Origin: a virus
Lineage: Duplodnaviria > Caudoviricetes
Virus record (IMG/VR): IMGVR_UViG_3300009314_000001
DNA length: 64,000 nucleotides
Direction: 5' to 3' (one strand)
Part shown: positions 28,752 to 38,438 of the stretch, one piece after another
Position numbering within the stretch: position 1 is the stretch's first letter
Layout: the number at the start of each line of letters is the position of its first letter
Translations under genes and position numbers: made by a program
The notes under the pieces: model-generated
Told to the model about the DNA's origin: nothing
What the model saw: only the letters and a program-made list of their open reading frames with translations
Databases searched by the model: none

Positions 28752-30542
28752 CTAACGATCAGGAATAGTTCGAACATCTTTAGTATCTCCATTAGGATCT
28801 ACAGCAGTTGGTAGGATTTCTACCTCTTCATCTAGTACCACTTGTGCGACATATAAGTTTCTACCATTAATCACTGACATCACTCGAATGTTGATGTCAA
28901 TTTCTTCACCATCCTTGGTGACCATTTTGCCAGAAACTTGTATGATGCCGCCTTTATTTAATTTTTCCAGAAGATCCGGATACGTCATTCCTATTTGGTG
29001 TCTCTCGAATCTTCCTGGGGGGATTATTAGGTCAAGCTTTCTACCTATAGCTTCACCTTCTGTCCACCCAAGTAATTTTTGAGCACCATCATTCCACATA
29101 GCAATCGTACCATTCTTAGCATCACAAATAATATATGCTGTATCACTCATTTCAATTATTCTACGCCACTGATCTGCTCTCTTATTAGCCCTGTATATTG
29201 TTATGACTTGCCATAGGTCTTCCATCAAGAAAGTAACTTGCAAGACGTCATCTTGCGTATACGGTTTCTTCTTATTCCCAAGTCCTATAATTAGTCTACA
29301 TTTCCCTTCAGTAAAAACTGGTACAGACATATATCGGCTCAATACTACTTTATGCTCTGCAGGGTGCTCTGCATTTTCATCCATAGGCTTGCCACCAAAG
29401 TCATTGTTAACGTATGCCTTTTGTGTTCGAAATGGAATAGCCCATTGTGCTTCCCTTGCGATACCTTCTGCAATATCAAATTCAGCACGATCATTATGTA
29501 TCTTATAATCCAACTGCATATTTTCAGACCAAACAGCTACTGTCACCGTATTTTCATCATTTTCATGAACATAGCCTATATAACCATACCTACTACCAGT
29601 CAAGCGAATACATTCTTCTAGACAAAAATCCTTCAAACTCGCCTCAGTATGTGTACCAACATGGCTGTATAATTTAAGAGAAGCTTCTAATCTCTCTTGC
29701 GTTATACTAATCCTAACATCATTCACTTGTGCCACATGTAAACTATATCCAAGAAATGAAACCAAAAAAGCAATGATAAGAATGATTATAGCAGATGATA
29801 CTTTGCGTAATGTGTTTTCAGGCTTCCGCTTACGCGATTCATGTCTATCGTGGAGCCGCTTAAAAATCGGAGTAAGAGCACGAATGAACACAACAGAACC
29901 AACAAGTATGACCAAAACAGCAAAACTTGAAGCAATAACACCAGCCCTAATAAAAGGACTTCTGATTTCAGCAATATCCATTTTCGCCACTAATCCAAGA
30001 TCGCAACAAATCATATCAACGGGTTCATATGCTGCAAGGACATATACACCTCTATAATCGCGACCTACCATGGAACCAGAGTGACCATTTAGAACCATTT
30101 GCATAGGCTCAGCATAATTAGATTTTAAAGCTATGATCTTACGATCTTCTACACCTGTATGGCGATGACTAAGTAGAAATACTATATCACTACCTTCTCG
30201 TTCTGCTAATGTAAATTCTCCAGTTTTGCCAAAACCATTATATCTCCGATGTGCTTCAGTAATTTGAGTCAATGCTGCTTCAGATGCTTCATCTTGATCT
30301 TCAATTTGACTATGAGAGAATTTAGCTATTGACTCCATTAATCTGGCCTGGCTACGAGAAGTCTCAACTAATCTACGCTCAACTTCATGTACTGCAGCAT
30401 TATACGACAACACTATCGAGACAATACCAATAATCAATGACACACAAGTCATAACTATTAGTAAAAAATAAAATCTTTTACGATCATCACGTATCATCGT
30501 TTGGCTCATCATCCTCCTCCGACTCATCAGGAACCGGTTCAA
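28752..30542 (-). CDS. Membrane sensor protein: TM-Cache-TM-TM-GAF-PAS, no output domain
   Basis: Cache end GRDYRGVYVLAAYEPV..LGLVAKMDIAEI. GAF LTGSRYGYIG..YMSVPV..IIGLGNK..YTQDD. PAS IAMWNDGAQKLLGW...AIGRKLDLIIP..TKDGEEI. Real start probably 30497-30512. Confidence 0.8.
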   Translation of the reverse strand: MNRFLMSRRRMMSQTMIRDDRKRFYFLLIVMTCVSLIIGIVSIVLSYNAAVHEVERRLVETSRSQARLMESIAKFSHSQIEDQDEASEAALTQITEAHRRYNGFGKTGEFTLAEREGSDIVFLLSHRHTGVEDRKIIALKSNYAEPMQMVLNGHSGSMVGRDYRGVYVLAAYEPVDMICCDLGLVAKMDIAEIRSPFIRAGVIASSFAVLVILVGSVVFIRALTPIFKRLHDRHESRKRKPENTLRKVSSAIIILIIAFLVSFLGYSLHVAQVNDVRISITQERLEASLKLYSHVGTHTEASLKDFCLEECIRLTGSRYGYIGYVHENDENTVTVAVWSENMQLDYKIHNDRAEFDIAEGIAREAQWAIPFRTQKAYVNNDFGGKPMDENAEHPAEHKVVLSRYMSVPVFTEGKCRLIIGLGNKKKPYTQDDVLQVTFLMEDLWQVITIYRANKRADQWRRIIEMSDTAYIICDAKNGTIAMWNDGAQKLLGWTEGEAIGRKLDLIIPPGRFERHQIGMTYPDLLEKLNKGGIIQVSGKMVTKDGEEIDINIRVMSVINGRNLYVAQVVLDEEVEILPTAVDPNGDTKDVRTIPDR

Positions 30543-30837
30543 TATGGAGATTTATCTTCCCCTGAAAGAAAATCTTCATTAAATCAAGTGCCGTTGCCCC
30601 ACCTATTCCAGCTAGCCCACTCACGGCTAACAAAAATGGTATATTTCCTTTGCCTTCAAAGTAATTATACCACATTAAAGCAACAATTAATCCAATGATT
30701 CCACTATATAAGATAGACGATAAGACGGATCTGAGATTCAGATCTTCTTTACCTCTCAGTAAAGCTGCTAGTCCTCCAAGAGCTGCGACGCCGAAGGCCG
30801 ACATGAAGACTAGTATATGAGTAAGAGTCCACACCAT
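30487..30837 (-). CDS. Holin-like small membrane protein (3 TM)
   Basis: 116 aa with three hydrophobic segments and an acidic C-tail. Pattern GGLAALL..SGIIGLIV..AVSGLAGIGG resembles LydA-type phage holins. Confidence 0.55.
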   Translation of the reverse strand: MVWTLTHILVFMSAFGVAALGGLAALLRGKEDLNLRSVLSSILYSGIIGLIVALMWYNYFEGKGNIPFLLAVSGLAGIGGATALDLMKIFFQGKINLHIEPVPDESEEDDEPNDDT

Positions 30838-30872
30838 AAGTTAACCCAGTCATAAGTTAACCCAGTCATAAA
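30835..30872. repeat. 16-bp tandem repeat (2 copies plus partial) filling the REC-holin intergenic space
   Basis: cataagttaacccagt x2 + cataaa. Confidence 0.9.
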
Positions 30873-31364
30873 TTATCCTACACAAGCATGAAGGCACAAA
30901 CCATACACGAAAAGCCCAAACAAACTAAGTATGATACACCAAAAGAACACACACCTCCAAAACCTAATTTTCCTCTCCTTCAGCAACAGATAAGCTTGAA
31001 CAATAAGGGCATTTCCTATAAATTGCATATTCCCTTGACCCTTCCATAGGTATGTCAATGCTCCTGCATTATTAGCTTCCAGAATTAACTCAAGCTCTTC
31101 ACTACCTGAAAAGACGACAACAGGGGGACTTTTATGTCGTCTATATCTAATATATTCAATAGTTTGTTTAGGTGTTGAATCTGGCAGATTCAGATCTAAC
31201 AAAATCAAATCTGCATGTCTTTCACGTCCATGTGCATCATGTAGAGTACTAACAACCTCCAATGATATCAACTTATTCTTATCATTGTGTTCTAATACTC
31301 GCTGCATTAGAGCGATATCGACTTGTAAGTCCTCGACCCACAATATCTTCATCGATTTCATCAT
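30873..31364 (-). CDS. Response-regulator receiver domain with C-terminal TM anchor
   Basis: KILWVED, LILLDLNLPD (phospho-Asp), VVVFSG, AGALTYLWK. C-terminal FWRCVFFWCIILSLFGLFVYGLCL. Confidence 0.85.
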   Translation of the reverse strand: MMKSMKILWVEDLQVDIALMQRVLEHNDKNKLISLEVVSTLHDAHGRERHADLILLDLNLPDSTPKQTIEYIRYRRHKSPPVVVFSGSEELELILEANNAGALTYLWKGQGNMQFIGNALIVQAYLLLKERKIRFWRCVFFWCIILSLFGLFVYGLCLHACVG

Positions 31365-31389
31365 AGTCTCCTAAAGTGAGCTAGGAGCA

Positions 31390-32265
31390 TCATGATATCG
31401 TAAGAACAAATTTCCTGCTCACCCTAGTCGAACCATTCGGCAGCGTCAAAGTGATGTAATACCTATATGTCCCCTTTAAAAAACGAGACGTGTTGAGATC
31501 ATACTGGACTACCCACGGATTTGACCTATACGATCCTTGTCTGATACCAATCCTACATGCCTCAGCATCGGCAAGCAATTCATTGTGCTGAGTTTCTATC
31601 GTGATAGTCGGCTGCAAAAATGGAATGATAGGATTAACAAGATTGAAATTATAATCATACAAAGGCAAAGGCATAAGCCCAACCTCAAGAGGCCTCGCCT
31701 CAGGTGTATGAAATTTCTGATCTAGTGGTTCAAAACCAAACCGAATAGTCTGTAACCGATCGTCGCAAAACCATTCTTCTGGATAAACCCAAAACCGATG
31801 ACAACACCTTAATAACAATGGGTCATAGGTGTCCTCATCCATATCACAATCTGTAGCATCCGTACCTAACGCTCCACAAGGATTATCGGCGAAATAGTAC
31901 CAAACATCAAAATAGACATCAGGTACTTCAAAGTCCTCTGAAATAGCATAGGGAAGGTGATATCTGCCAGCTACCGGTGTATCATCCTCTGATGGCTCTG
32001 TGCAGCAGTCGCCAGCTTCAGAAGCTATCTCATGGCGACAAATTGGAGATGGGTATAGAGGATCATCGAGATCAACAACAGGCACAGTAGCCACCAAATT
32101 ATGTGGAACCACCGATGACTTATAGATCTCAATTTGCCTGATAGCGTATGGATCAGTTAATACCCCATTCTTTCGGAAATCCACGTTTAGATCAACCACA
32201 CTGCCTCTTCTGGCAGAGATTCGTGGATACGCACCAGTAAGCTGTGCACATGTCATACCACACAC
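31390..32265 (-). CDS. Hypothetical, probable virion/baseplate protein
   Basis: 291 aa, beta-rich and Cys-rich. CAAAGATA motif upstream. Follows the gp26/gp51-like genes. Confidence 0.55.
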   Translation of the reverse strand: MCGMTCAQLTGAYPRISARRGSVVDLNVDFRKNGVLTDPYAIRQIEIYKSSVVPHNLVATVPVVDLDDPLYPSPICRHEIASEAGDCCTEPSEDDTPVAGRYHLPYAISEDFEVPDVYFDVWYYFADNPCGALGTDATDCDMDEDTYDPLLLRCCHRFWVYPEEWFCDDRLQTIRFGFEPLDQKFHTPEARPLEVGLMPLPLYDYNFNLVNPIIPFLQPTITIETQHNELLADAEACRIGIRQGSYRSNPWVVQYDLNTSRFLKGTYRYYITLTLPNGSTRVSRKFVLTIS

Positions 32266-32281
32266 TCCCTAAAAGCTATAA

Positions 32282-32289
32282 TATCTTTG
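32282..32289 (-). promoter_or_regulatory. Putative late promoter motif CAAAGATA
   Basis: Intergenic, upstream of the RBS of the 32265 gene. Confidence 0.45.
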
Positions 32290-32306
32290 ATGTGTGGTGA
32301 TGCAGA

Positions 32307-32519
32307 CTATCGTCGACGCACAGAAGGCATAGACGGTATAGATGGGCGAGGAATATGTGGGAGAGAATGCGAACCCATTTGTCGCTTTTCCCTATCGGCC
32401 CTCTCCTTGAACTCCCTCTCAAGCCTTTTCATATACCAATTTCTATCCTCGGCCGTCATATTATCCTGTTCGAATATATCAAGATTACCATAATGCTTTA
32501 ATTGGAACTGCTGTTCCAT
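32307..32519 (-). CDS. Baseplate hub assembly chaperone, gp51-like
   Basis: QFQLKHYGNLDIFEQDNMTAEDRNWYMKRL..E pattern. Follows the gp26-like gene. Confidence 0.65.
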   Translation of the reverse strand: MEQQFQLKHYGNLDIFEQDNMTAEDRNWYMKRLEREFKERADREKRQMGSHSLPHIPRPSIPSMPSVRRR

Positions 32520-32547
32520 AATATTATTATATAGACGGTCATACTCC

Positions 32548-33627
32548 TCACTGCTCTGTCGGGCGAAAAAAGTTTTCTGTTATCGGCAACTCCACTTTAA
32601 AATCAGTCTCACAATCGGGGCACGTCACCGCAACAGTATTATCAATACCAGGAGTATTCTCACGCAACCATTCTCTGATTGCCGTAGTATCTCGCCCGTG
32701 TAACTTCCCAATAAAATTCCTAATAGTAAAGAGATCACTCTCCCCCATCACATTGACAATAATCTTCTCAAGATTATCAGTTATAGTATCATCAAGTTCT
32801 TGTTGTTGAGCTGCACCACCTCCCCCAGCTCCACGACCATACTTCAGCGGGTTAGTCTTAACATTACCAGGTCTTGCGTACGACTTCTTCTTGAATTTCC
32901 TTTTACCAAGCATCTCATTAGCATCCTTGGCACGTAGGAATCGCACACCAACCCAGAATTCTTTCTTGGTTACTTTACTGAAATATGGTAATATGACCTT
33001 AAACGGTTCTGAACCCAGAGAATTATTAGCCCAGACTATGGTTTGAGCTAGTTCATTAAGATCATATATGTGTGTATTGGTCGCATTGCAGGTCACATTC
33101 GGGCATGTTACTGCAAATTCGTATAGATTACCATAAGTAATACCACGCAGGAAATAAAGTAGAAAAACTCTATCACCCAACAATAAGTCCGTGGCATCAA
33201 ATTCATCTGGGAACTGGCAGCATTCCTTGAACAGATAATCTATCGATTGGCCACTCTGTGCCAGCCTTTGTGTAGCCAAGACTTTCTCGGCGGTTTGGCC
33301 CATCGCTTTTACCATGATGATACCATCTGACCATCCGTAGTACATTCCTCTACTTGGAAGATGGCATTCTTCCCATGGTATAAGTTGTTCTTCTGAGGCC
33401 TGTAGTACTCGATTGAGTACTTCTCTAGAGGTGAGTTCTTCGTCTTGGAGCCCTAGGTCACCAACCCGTTCATCCATTTTGTTTACTTGATCTTCATCAA
33501 GTAATTGAGGCCCACCATCAACTGGCATTTTAGGTTCATCGGGACCATTGATGTTTAATTCCTCTTCGGGAGGAGCAGCACCATCAGGAAGATTGTCTTC
33601 CGATTCAGGAATCTTTTCGTCGGCCAT
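32548..33627 (-). CDS. Baseplate hub chaperone, gp26-like
   Basis: LPSRGMYY..VKAM...EKVL, LLLGDRVFLLYFLRGITYG..CP..C, C-terminal CPDC..F.VELPITENFF. Confidence 0.75.
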   Translation of the reverse strand: MADEKIPESEDNLPDGAAPPEEELNINGPDEPKMPVDGGPQLLDEDQVNKMDERVGDLGLQDEELTSREVLNRVLQASEEQLIPWEECHLPSRGMYYGWSDGIIMVKAMGQTAEKVLATQRLAQSGQSIDYLFKECCQFPDEFDATDLLLGDRVFLLYFLRGITYGNLYEFAVTCPNVTCNATNTHIYDLNELAQTIVWANNSLGSEPFKVILPYFSKVTKKEFWVGVRFLRAKDANEMLGKRKFKKKSYARPGNVKTNPLKYGRGAGGGGAAQQQELDDTITDNLEKIIVNVMGESDLFTIRNFIGKLHGRDTTAIREWLRENTPGIDNTVAVTCPDCETDFKVELPITENFFRPTEQ

Positions 33628-33707
33628 ATATTATCCCCTTATTTGTATCTTATGTACTTCAGATGATATAGAAAGCGTTAACTATAGATTGGATATAATA
33701 AGAGGCG

Positions 33708-34268
33708 CTATTCAGGCGGTAATTCTTCCGCCCAATCATATGCTACAGTGACTTCTACAGTTTTGACGTCACTATTAGTATAGGTCATTTCTCCATGTCG
33801 TATAACTTTTGGCCAACTACCATTTAGTAGCCATCCCTGTACTGATTTACCAGTCGGGAGGAAAGTCTCTAGATGTGATTGTTTCTTATATTCACTAGCA
33901 ACTTTCAGGCCTTTCATAGATGTCCATATAGTCTCGCGCCATTCCTTTAAGTATTGTAACATTCCTACTGTATCATACCATGTTACTTTAATATCATCCC
34001 ATGTAACACTCTTTGCCCATTTATATTCTAGGCTCGCCCCAAGAACCGTTTCTTGGTTGACAGTAAATGTAGGAAGTGTCATATCCTTAAGATGGATAAG
34101 AGCACTTCTAGCTCCAGGTGGGCTTTCTAATGTGTCTTCAAAGATTTTGAAGATTTCCCACATATAAATATAGTAGTATTCTGACTCAGAAGGTACGTGC
34201 TTCGAACTATCGGGCACTGTCATGCCACCAACAGGATCAGCAAAGCCTTGTACAGCAAATCCTGGCAT
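33708..34268 (-). CDS. Tail tube protein paralog 3 (gp19-like)
   Basis: MPGF start, TLPTFT, VTWDDIKVTWYD, GSWPKVIRHGEMTYTNSD...EVTVAYD. Confidence 0.75.
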   Translation of the reverse strand: MPGFAVQGFADPVGGMTVPDSSKHVPSESEYYYIYMWEIFKIFEDTLESPPGARSALIHLKDMTLPTFTVNQETVLGASLEYKWAKSVTWDDIKVTWYDTVGMLQYLKEWRETIWTSMKGLKVASEYKKQSHLETFLPTGKSVQGWLLNGSWPKVIRHGEMTYTNSDVKTVEVTVAYDWAEELPPE

Positions 34269-34269
34269 A

Positions 34270-34896
34270 TTATCCCTCCCTCTCCCTTGCCTTATTGAAG
34301 CGGAGAGTAACTGTTATATCTGCTATATCTGTATCAGCATAGGATAAATCTGATGGGGTCACTTTAGATGGCCAACAATCCATCAATTCATATTGCCATA
34401 TATATTTTGCTTCACCATCAAGCATTGCTAATTTGCATAATCTATAATAGTCTTTTGGTACATTATGCGTGCTAGTCCTAAGGTCAAGAATTGATTTACT
34501 ATTTCTAGGATCTCCAGCCCACCAGTCATATATCAACATTGCTGGACTATCTTCACCAGCGCTGTTTACAACCTCATAGAATGAGACTTCTACAGGTTTC
34601 CATCTATTTTTACCGGGTCTATAAATTTCATCTTGAGCACTATGTATAGTTATTTCATCGAATTCTGGGGTGGGTCTACTGCATTTATACGCATAGACCA
34701 GCAATGATTGCCAGTCTAATGATGAACCACCAAGAGATTGAGCTGCAAATATTTCCCAAATATATCTATGTTTTCTAGCGGATTCTGTTATATAGGAAGG
34801 AGGGTCGTACGGGGGTTTGCCCTCTAAGCCCGGTGGGGCACAGTCTGAGTCAGGTGCTGGTATATTAAAGCCTGGCATATCATATGTACAACCCAA
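34270..34896 (-). CDS. Tail tube protein paralog 2 (gp19-like)
   Basis: KCSRPTPEFDE, PGKNRWKPVEVSFYE, DCWPSKVTPSDLSYADTD...VTLRFN. Confidence 0.8.
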   Translation of the reverse strand: MGCTYDMPGFNIPAPDSDCAPPGLEGKPPYDPPSYITESARKHRYIWEIFAAQSLGGSSLDWQSLLVYAYKCSRPTPEFDEITIHSAQDEIYRPGKNRWKPVEVSFYEVVNSAGEDSPAMLIYDWWAGDPRNSKSILDLRTSTHNVPKDYYRLCKLAMLDGEAKYIWQYELMDCWPSKVTPSDLSYADTDIADITVTLRFNKAREREG

Positions 34897-34905
34897 ACAC
34901 CTGCA

Positions 34906-35508
34906 CTACATTCCAGGCGGGCATGCAGGAGTAACCGGCTCGTTAGTAGCACTGTTCTGGCAGCTACGAATCGCACGATCGTACCGCATCGTCGCTTCGA
35001 TGGTCATCAGATCGGTTGAGGTGTAATCAAGCTCTTGCCAATTGATTTCAGCTGGCCATGTACCATATAGCTCCCATCTCTCAGAGACAGCAGTAGCACC
35101 CATTCCGCCCACTAAGGCCATACCGCCGACCATAGCAAGCTGGGCAAACTTCTTATACTTTTCAGGATGTGCCACCTGAATAGTCGTCATATTTACTACT
35201 GTTTCCAGCCAGTAATAAATATCCGCAGATATATCGGGTTTCTGTTCCCCATCATACCATACCAGAGTAATCGGGTCCCAGTCTTGCTTACCAGCAAAAC
35301 GGACCACTTCCTGATTATGGTGCATTTCAGGCTGTTCGAACTTGAAGCTAGGTCTTGAGGCAGACTGCAGCATCAGTCGAGATATGGTGGAAAATGGCGT
35401 ACCTTCACCACGTAGAATAACCTCGAAAACCCACCGATGCTTACGGCGGACTTCCATGGTGTTGGGCACTCCGCCACCGCCAATGCCATTCACATTGAAA
35501 CCAGGCAT
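34906..35508 (-). CDS. Tail tube protein (gp19-like), probable major tube
   Basis: SASRPSF, FAGKQDWDPITLVWYD, GTWPAEINWQELDYTSTD...TMRYD. Directly after the sheath. Confidence 0.85.
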   Translation of the reverse strand: MPGFNVNGIGGGGVPNTMEVRRKHRWVFEVILRGEGTPFSTISRLMLQSASRPSFKFEQPEMHHNQEVVRFAGKQDWDPITLVWYDGEQKPDISADIYYWLETVVNMTTIQVAHPEKYKKFAQLAMVGGMALVGGMGATAVSERWELYGTWPAEINWQELDYTSTDLMTIEATMRYDRAIRSCQNSATNEPVTPACPPGM

Positions 35509-35518
35509 GTTTTACTCC

Positions 35519-38380
35519 TTAGGAAACAATACCACCTGCCGCCAAGACTTCTTCTGCCGAGAAGCTAGCACCAGTTCGCATTATGACTAAGTTAAGGACG
35601 ATAAATTCAACCGTCCTCGTCGGCTGCAAGAACACTGATACCCACAACTCGTTACGATCTATACGTTCAGGTGTATTATTGGTCTGATCACAAACCACCT
35701 TAAAAGCCTGCAGACCACGCCGAGCCTTGATATCACCAAGGAATGGGTTGATCGAAGCCTCGACCTGTCGCCACAAGACAGCGTCATTCGGCTCAAAGAT
35801 GAAGTTTCTTAGCAACTGGATCAGATTCTTCTTGATGAAGATCAAAAGCATTCTGACATTTACACGATCCAGAGCTGATTGTGTTCTTTGAAGCGTTCGC
35901 TGGCCCCAAACGGTAATACCGTCTTGCGGGAACTTCACGATCGGGTTCACCGCATTACCAGAACCATATAGCAGATCCCGCTCACCCATGGCCGGTGTGT
36001 ATTCAACATCCAACGCCGTGAGCAATCTACCACGTTTCAGACCAGCAGGAGCGAACCATTGTTCCGTGTCTCTCGCAGTCCTCGAGAAAACTGCAGAAAC
36101 ATGACCGCTAGGCGGCACCCACATCTCAGCAGCCGAGAACTGATCAAAGATCCGCAGCCAACCCCAGTATAGAGCACCGTAGCTGCTATTGATGGCAGCC
36201 CTGAGGTCTGATAGCAACATCCCATTATGCCAGTCAACAACCTGTTGCGGTCTCAGGCCAAACGGCGGATCGACAATGTACAGTACATCGCCACGGCTCT
36301 CACAAATCTGCAAAGCCGTCCCGATTACAGCACCAGTCGAGAAGCCAGGAGTAACCAACAGGTTAATGTCGATCGTCTCAGGATTCTGGAATGCGTACAG
36401 ACCAGTCGATGTCGCTGGATTTCCTATGACTGCCGCATCCAATTCACTTGAGTATGCGGGGTCAGTAGGAACACCATTGGCTTGACCAGCATATTCCCTC
36501 ATGTTGAACTGCGAGGGTAGGCGTACCACAAATGTCGAAAGATCATTGACATTGTTTTCTAGGAACGCCGGACGCTCTTCCCAGTTTAGGTAGTTATTAC
36601 CATTAGTACCACCAAGGGTCGTCCCAGGATTGATAACGTTGCCGATATACCTGGCATCTCTCTTATCGAAGGTGATATCTTCGACAACGTCCAAGGGCTG
36701 ATCATTCGCATCGTAAAGCGTCAGCTTATATCGCCCAGAAAGATCACCAACACCATCGGTGAAGGCTTCCAGGGTCACAGAGAAATCATCAACCCACGTT
36801 CCAGGGCTCGTCGCTACCAACCATCCAACGATCCCTTGGAAGTACGCCGTATCGCTGACGCACTCGTCACTTAGAGGATCATCCTCACAGCTCAATGGGC
36901 TTGATGGAGTTACCTCTCCAGCATCCGGCAATTCCGTTCGGCTATCGAAGAAACCACGGTAAGCTCGTTTATATGGGTATGGAATATTCACCTCTTCGGC
37001 GAATCGTAACGTCTTGAGATTCGAGTAACTCGCCCGCATTATCAGAGTGTCTAATTGGCGACCAACAGAGGTCACGATTACAACGTGAGTAGTACCGCCT
37101 GGGACAGTAAGTTCAAAAGAGTCCCATAGGACTTCACCCGCTACGACACCCGCACCATCAATGCTCGCGGCTACCGATGCAGTAGTCTGATCAAGGCCTA
37201 CTGGTACGTTGAATTCCTCAATTTGTGATGTTGCTTCACCAAGCAATTCCATCTTGACGCGGTTCTTTTGAGTCGTAATATCATAAGGACCGGCATCAAG
37301 ACCTAACAAGTAGGATCGAGGAATATCCCAAGCGTATTGAGTGGTACCTACCTCTAGAGCGAATGCTTCGGTACCAGTCAGTTGGATTCGTTCACCAGCA
37401 ACCGATGTCCTGATCTGGGGAACCGTCGTCGAACCATCTTCCAGAGTATACTCAACAAAGATGTAATCTGATTCCACTGCAGCAGTCAGAACAGCATTTG
37501 CCGCGTTAACAAATGCTTGTACGGTCGTGTAGGAGGCTGCGGGCATTTGATAGGTGCCATTACTAACACCTTCAACCTCAACAGTAAAATCTCTGTTGTC
37601 CGGAGCCACGCTGAACATAAAGGTGTCATTCTCGTCCAGGACACCACCGGTGACTACCACTCTGACATACAGACCATCGCCGATACGAATGTTTTGCGAT
37701 GTACCGTTGTCGTCATCATCAACCAGAGTACCTTCTGCGACAACCTCACCATCACTATTCCTGACGATCTCAAAACCGGCACCGTCAACTGGAGCTCCAG
37801 CTGAGACAGAAGGAGCCGAAGTGATGATCATCACAAAAGAATCATCGACTGAACCGGTATAAGTACCAGTAATTGTCAGCGTAGCGGTGGTAGCACCATA
37901 TGTGCTCGATACTTCAACGTCGCTGTAATCGACAGCACTTGTTGATGCGTCATGGAAGGTATACGGTTCGGCATTATCGCCGATACCATCACCAATCTCT
38001 CTTAGTGTTAGTCGACCATAATCGATACCAGTGAAAAGAGGTATTCTACCCCATCCTTTTCCACGACCTCCTGAGGTATCAATGCAGATGTCGTCTAAGG
38101 CAGCTACTTGGCCCGTCTCGCATTCCACACCAACACGCATAGCATAGCATTCTGCACCTTCCTCCATGAATGAGAGGATGGCGTACATGAAATAACTTTC
38201 TGGGAACGGTTCGCCAAAAGCATCCAGAGCTAATTGAGCATTAGCGAGCAACAGTGGCTCATTCATAGGACCTTTGTTAGCTGTACCGATGAAAGCTGGG
38301 CGCAGAGGCCCAATAGCAGCCGGTAGAACACTAAGGTCTATTTCTCGCGGGAAGACGCCCGGACTGAGGTATACTGCCAT
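35519..38380 (-). CDS. Tail sheath protein (gp18-like)
   Basis: YLSPGVFPREIDLS start. WVPPSGHVSA, WFAPAGLKRG, VNPIVKFP..ITVWGQRTL, LDRVNVRML, FIFEPND. Start at ATG 38380 (track start 38395). Confidence 0.95.
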   Translation of the reverse strand: MAVYLSPGVFPREIDLSVLPAAIGPLRPAFIGTANKGPMNEPLLLANAQLALDAFGEPFPESYFMYAILSFMEEGAECYAMRVGVECETGQVAALDDICIDTSGGRGKGWGRIPLFTGIDYGRLTLREIGDGIGDNAEPYTFHDASTSAVDYSDVEVSSTYGATTATLTITGTYTGSVDDSFVMIITSAPSVSAGAPVDGAGFEIVRNSDGEVVAEGTLVDDDDNGTSQNIRIGDGLYVRVVVTGGVLDENDTFMFSVAPDNRDFTVEVEGVSNGTYQMPAASYTTVQAFVNAANAVLTAAVESDYIFVEYTLEDGSTTVPQIRTSVAGERIQLTGTEAFALEVGTTQYAWDIPRSYLLGLDAGPYDITTQKNRVKMELLGEATSQIEEFNVPVGLDQTTASVAASIDGAGVVAGEVLWDSFELTVPGGTTHVVIVTSVGRQLDTLIMRASYSNLKTLRFAEEVNIPYPYKRAYRGFFDSRTELPDAGEVTPSSPLSCEDDPLSDECVSDTAYFQGIVGWLVATSPGTWVDDFSVTLEAFTDGVGDLSGRYKLTLYDANDQPLDVVEDITFDKRDARYIGNVINPGTTLGGTNGNNYLNWEERPAFLENNVNDLSTFVVRLPSQFNMREYAGQANGVPTDPAYSSELDAAVIGNPATSTGLYAFQNPETIDINLLVTPGFSTGAVIGTALQICESRGDVLYIVDPPFGLRPQQVVDWHNGMLLSDLRAAINSSYGALYWGWLRIFDQFSAAEMWVPPSGHVSAVFSRTARDTEQWFAPAGLKRGRLLTALDVEYTPAMGERDLLYGSGNAVNPIVKFPQDGITVWGQRTLQRTQSALDRVNVRMLLIFIKKNLIQLLRNFIFEPNDAVLWRQVEASINPFLGDIKARRGLQAFKVVCDQTNNTPERIDRNELWVSVFLQPTRTVEFIVLNLVIMRTGASFSAEEVLAAGGIVS

Positions 38381-38420
38381 GATGGGTACTCCCAAATCAT
38401 CAAATTTCCATCTTCATGGG

Positions 38421-38428
38421 TATATTTG
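38421..38428 (-). promoter_or_regulatory. Putative late promoter motif CAAATATA (sheath-tube operon)
   Basis: Intergenic, about 40 nt upstream of the sheath ATG. Confidence 0.5.
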
Positions 38429-38438
38429 CCGAGATGAA

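Noticed and set aside
10326-38380. eCIS/T6SS rather than phage tail
   Set aside because: Neck proteins, a long tape measure, replication genes and homing endonucleases indicate a genuine phage.
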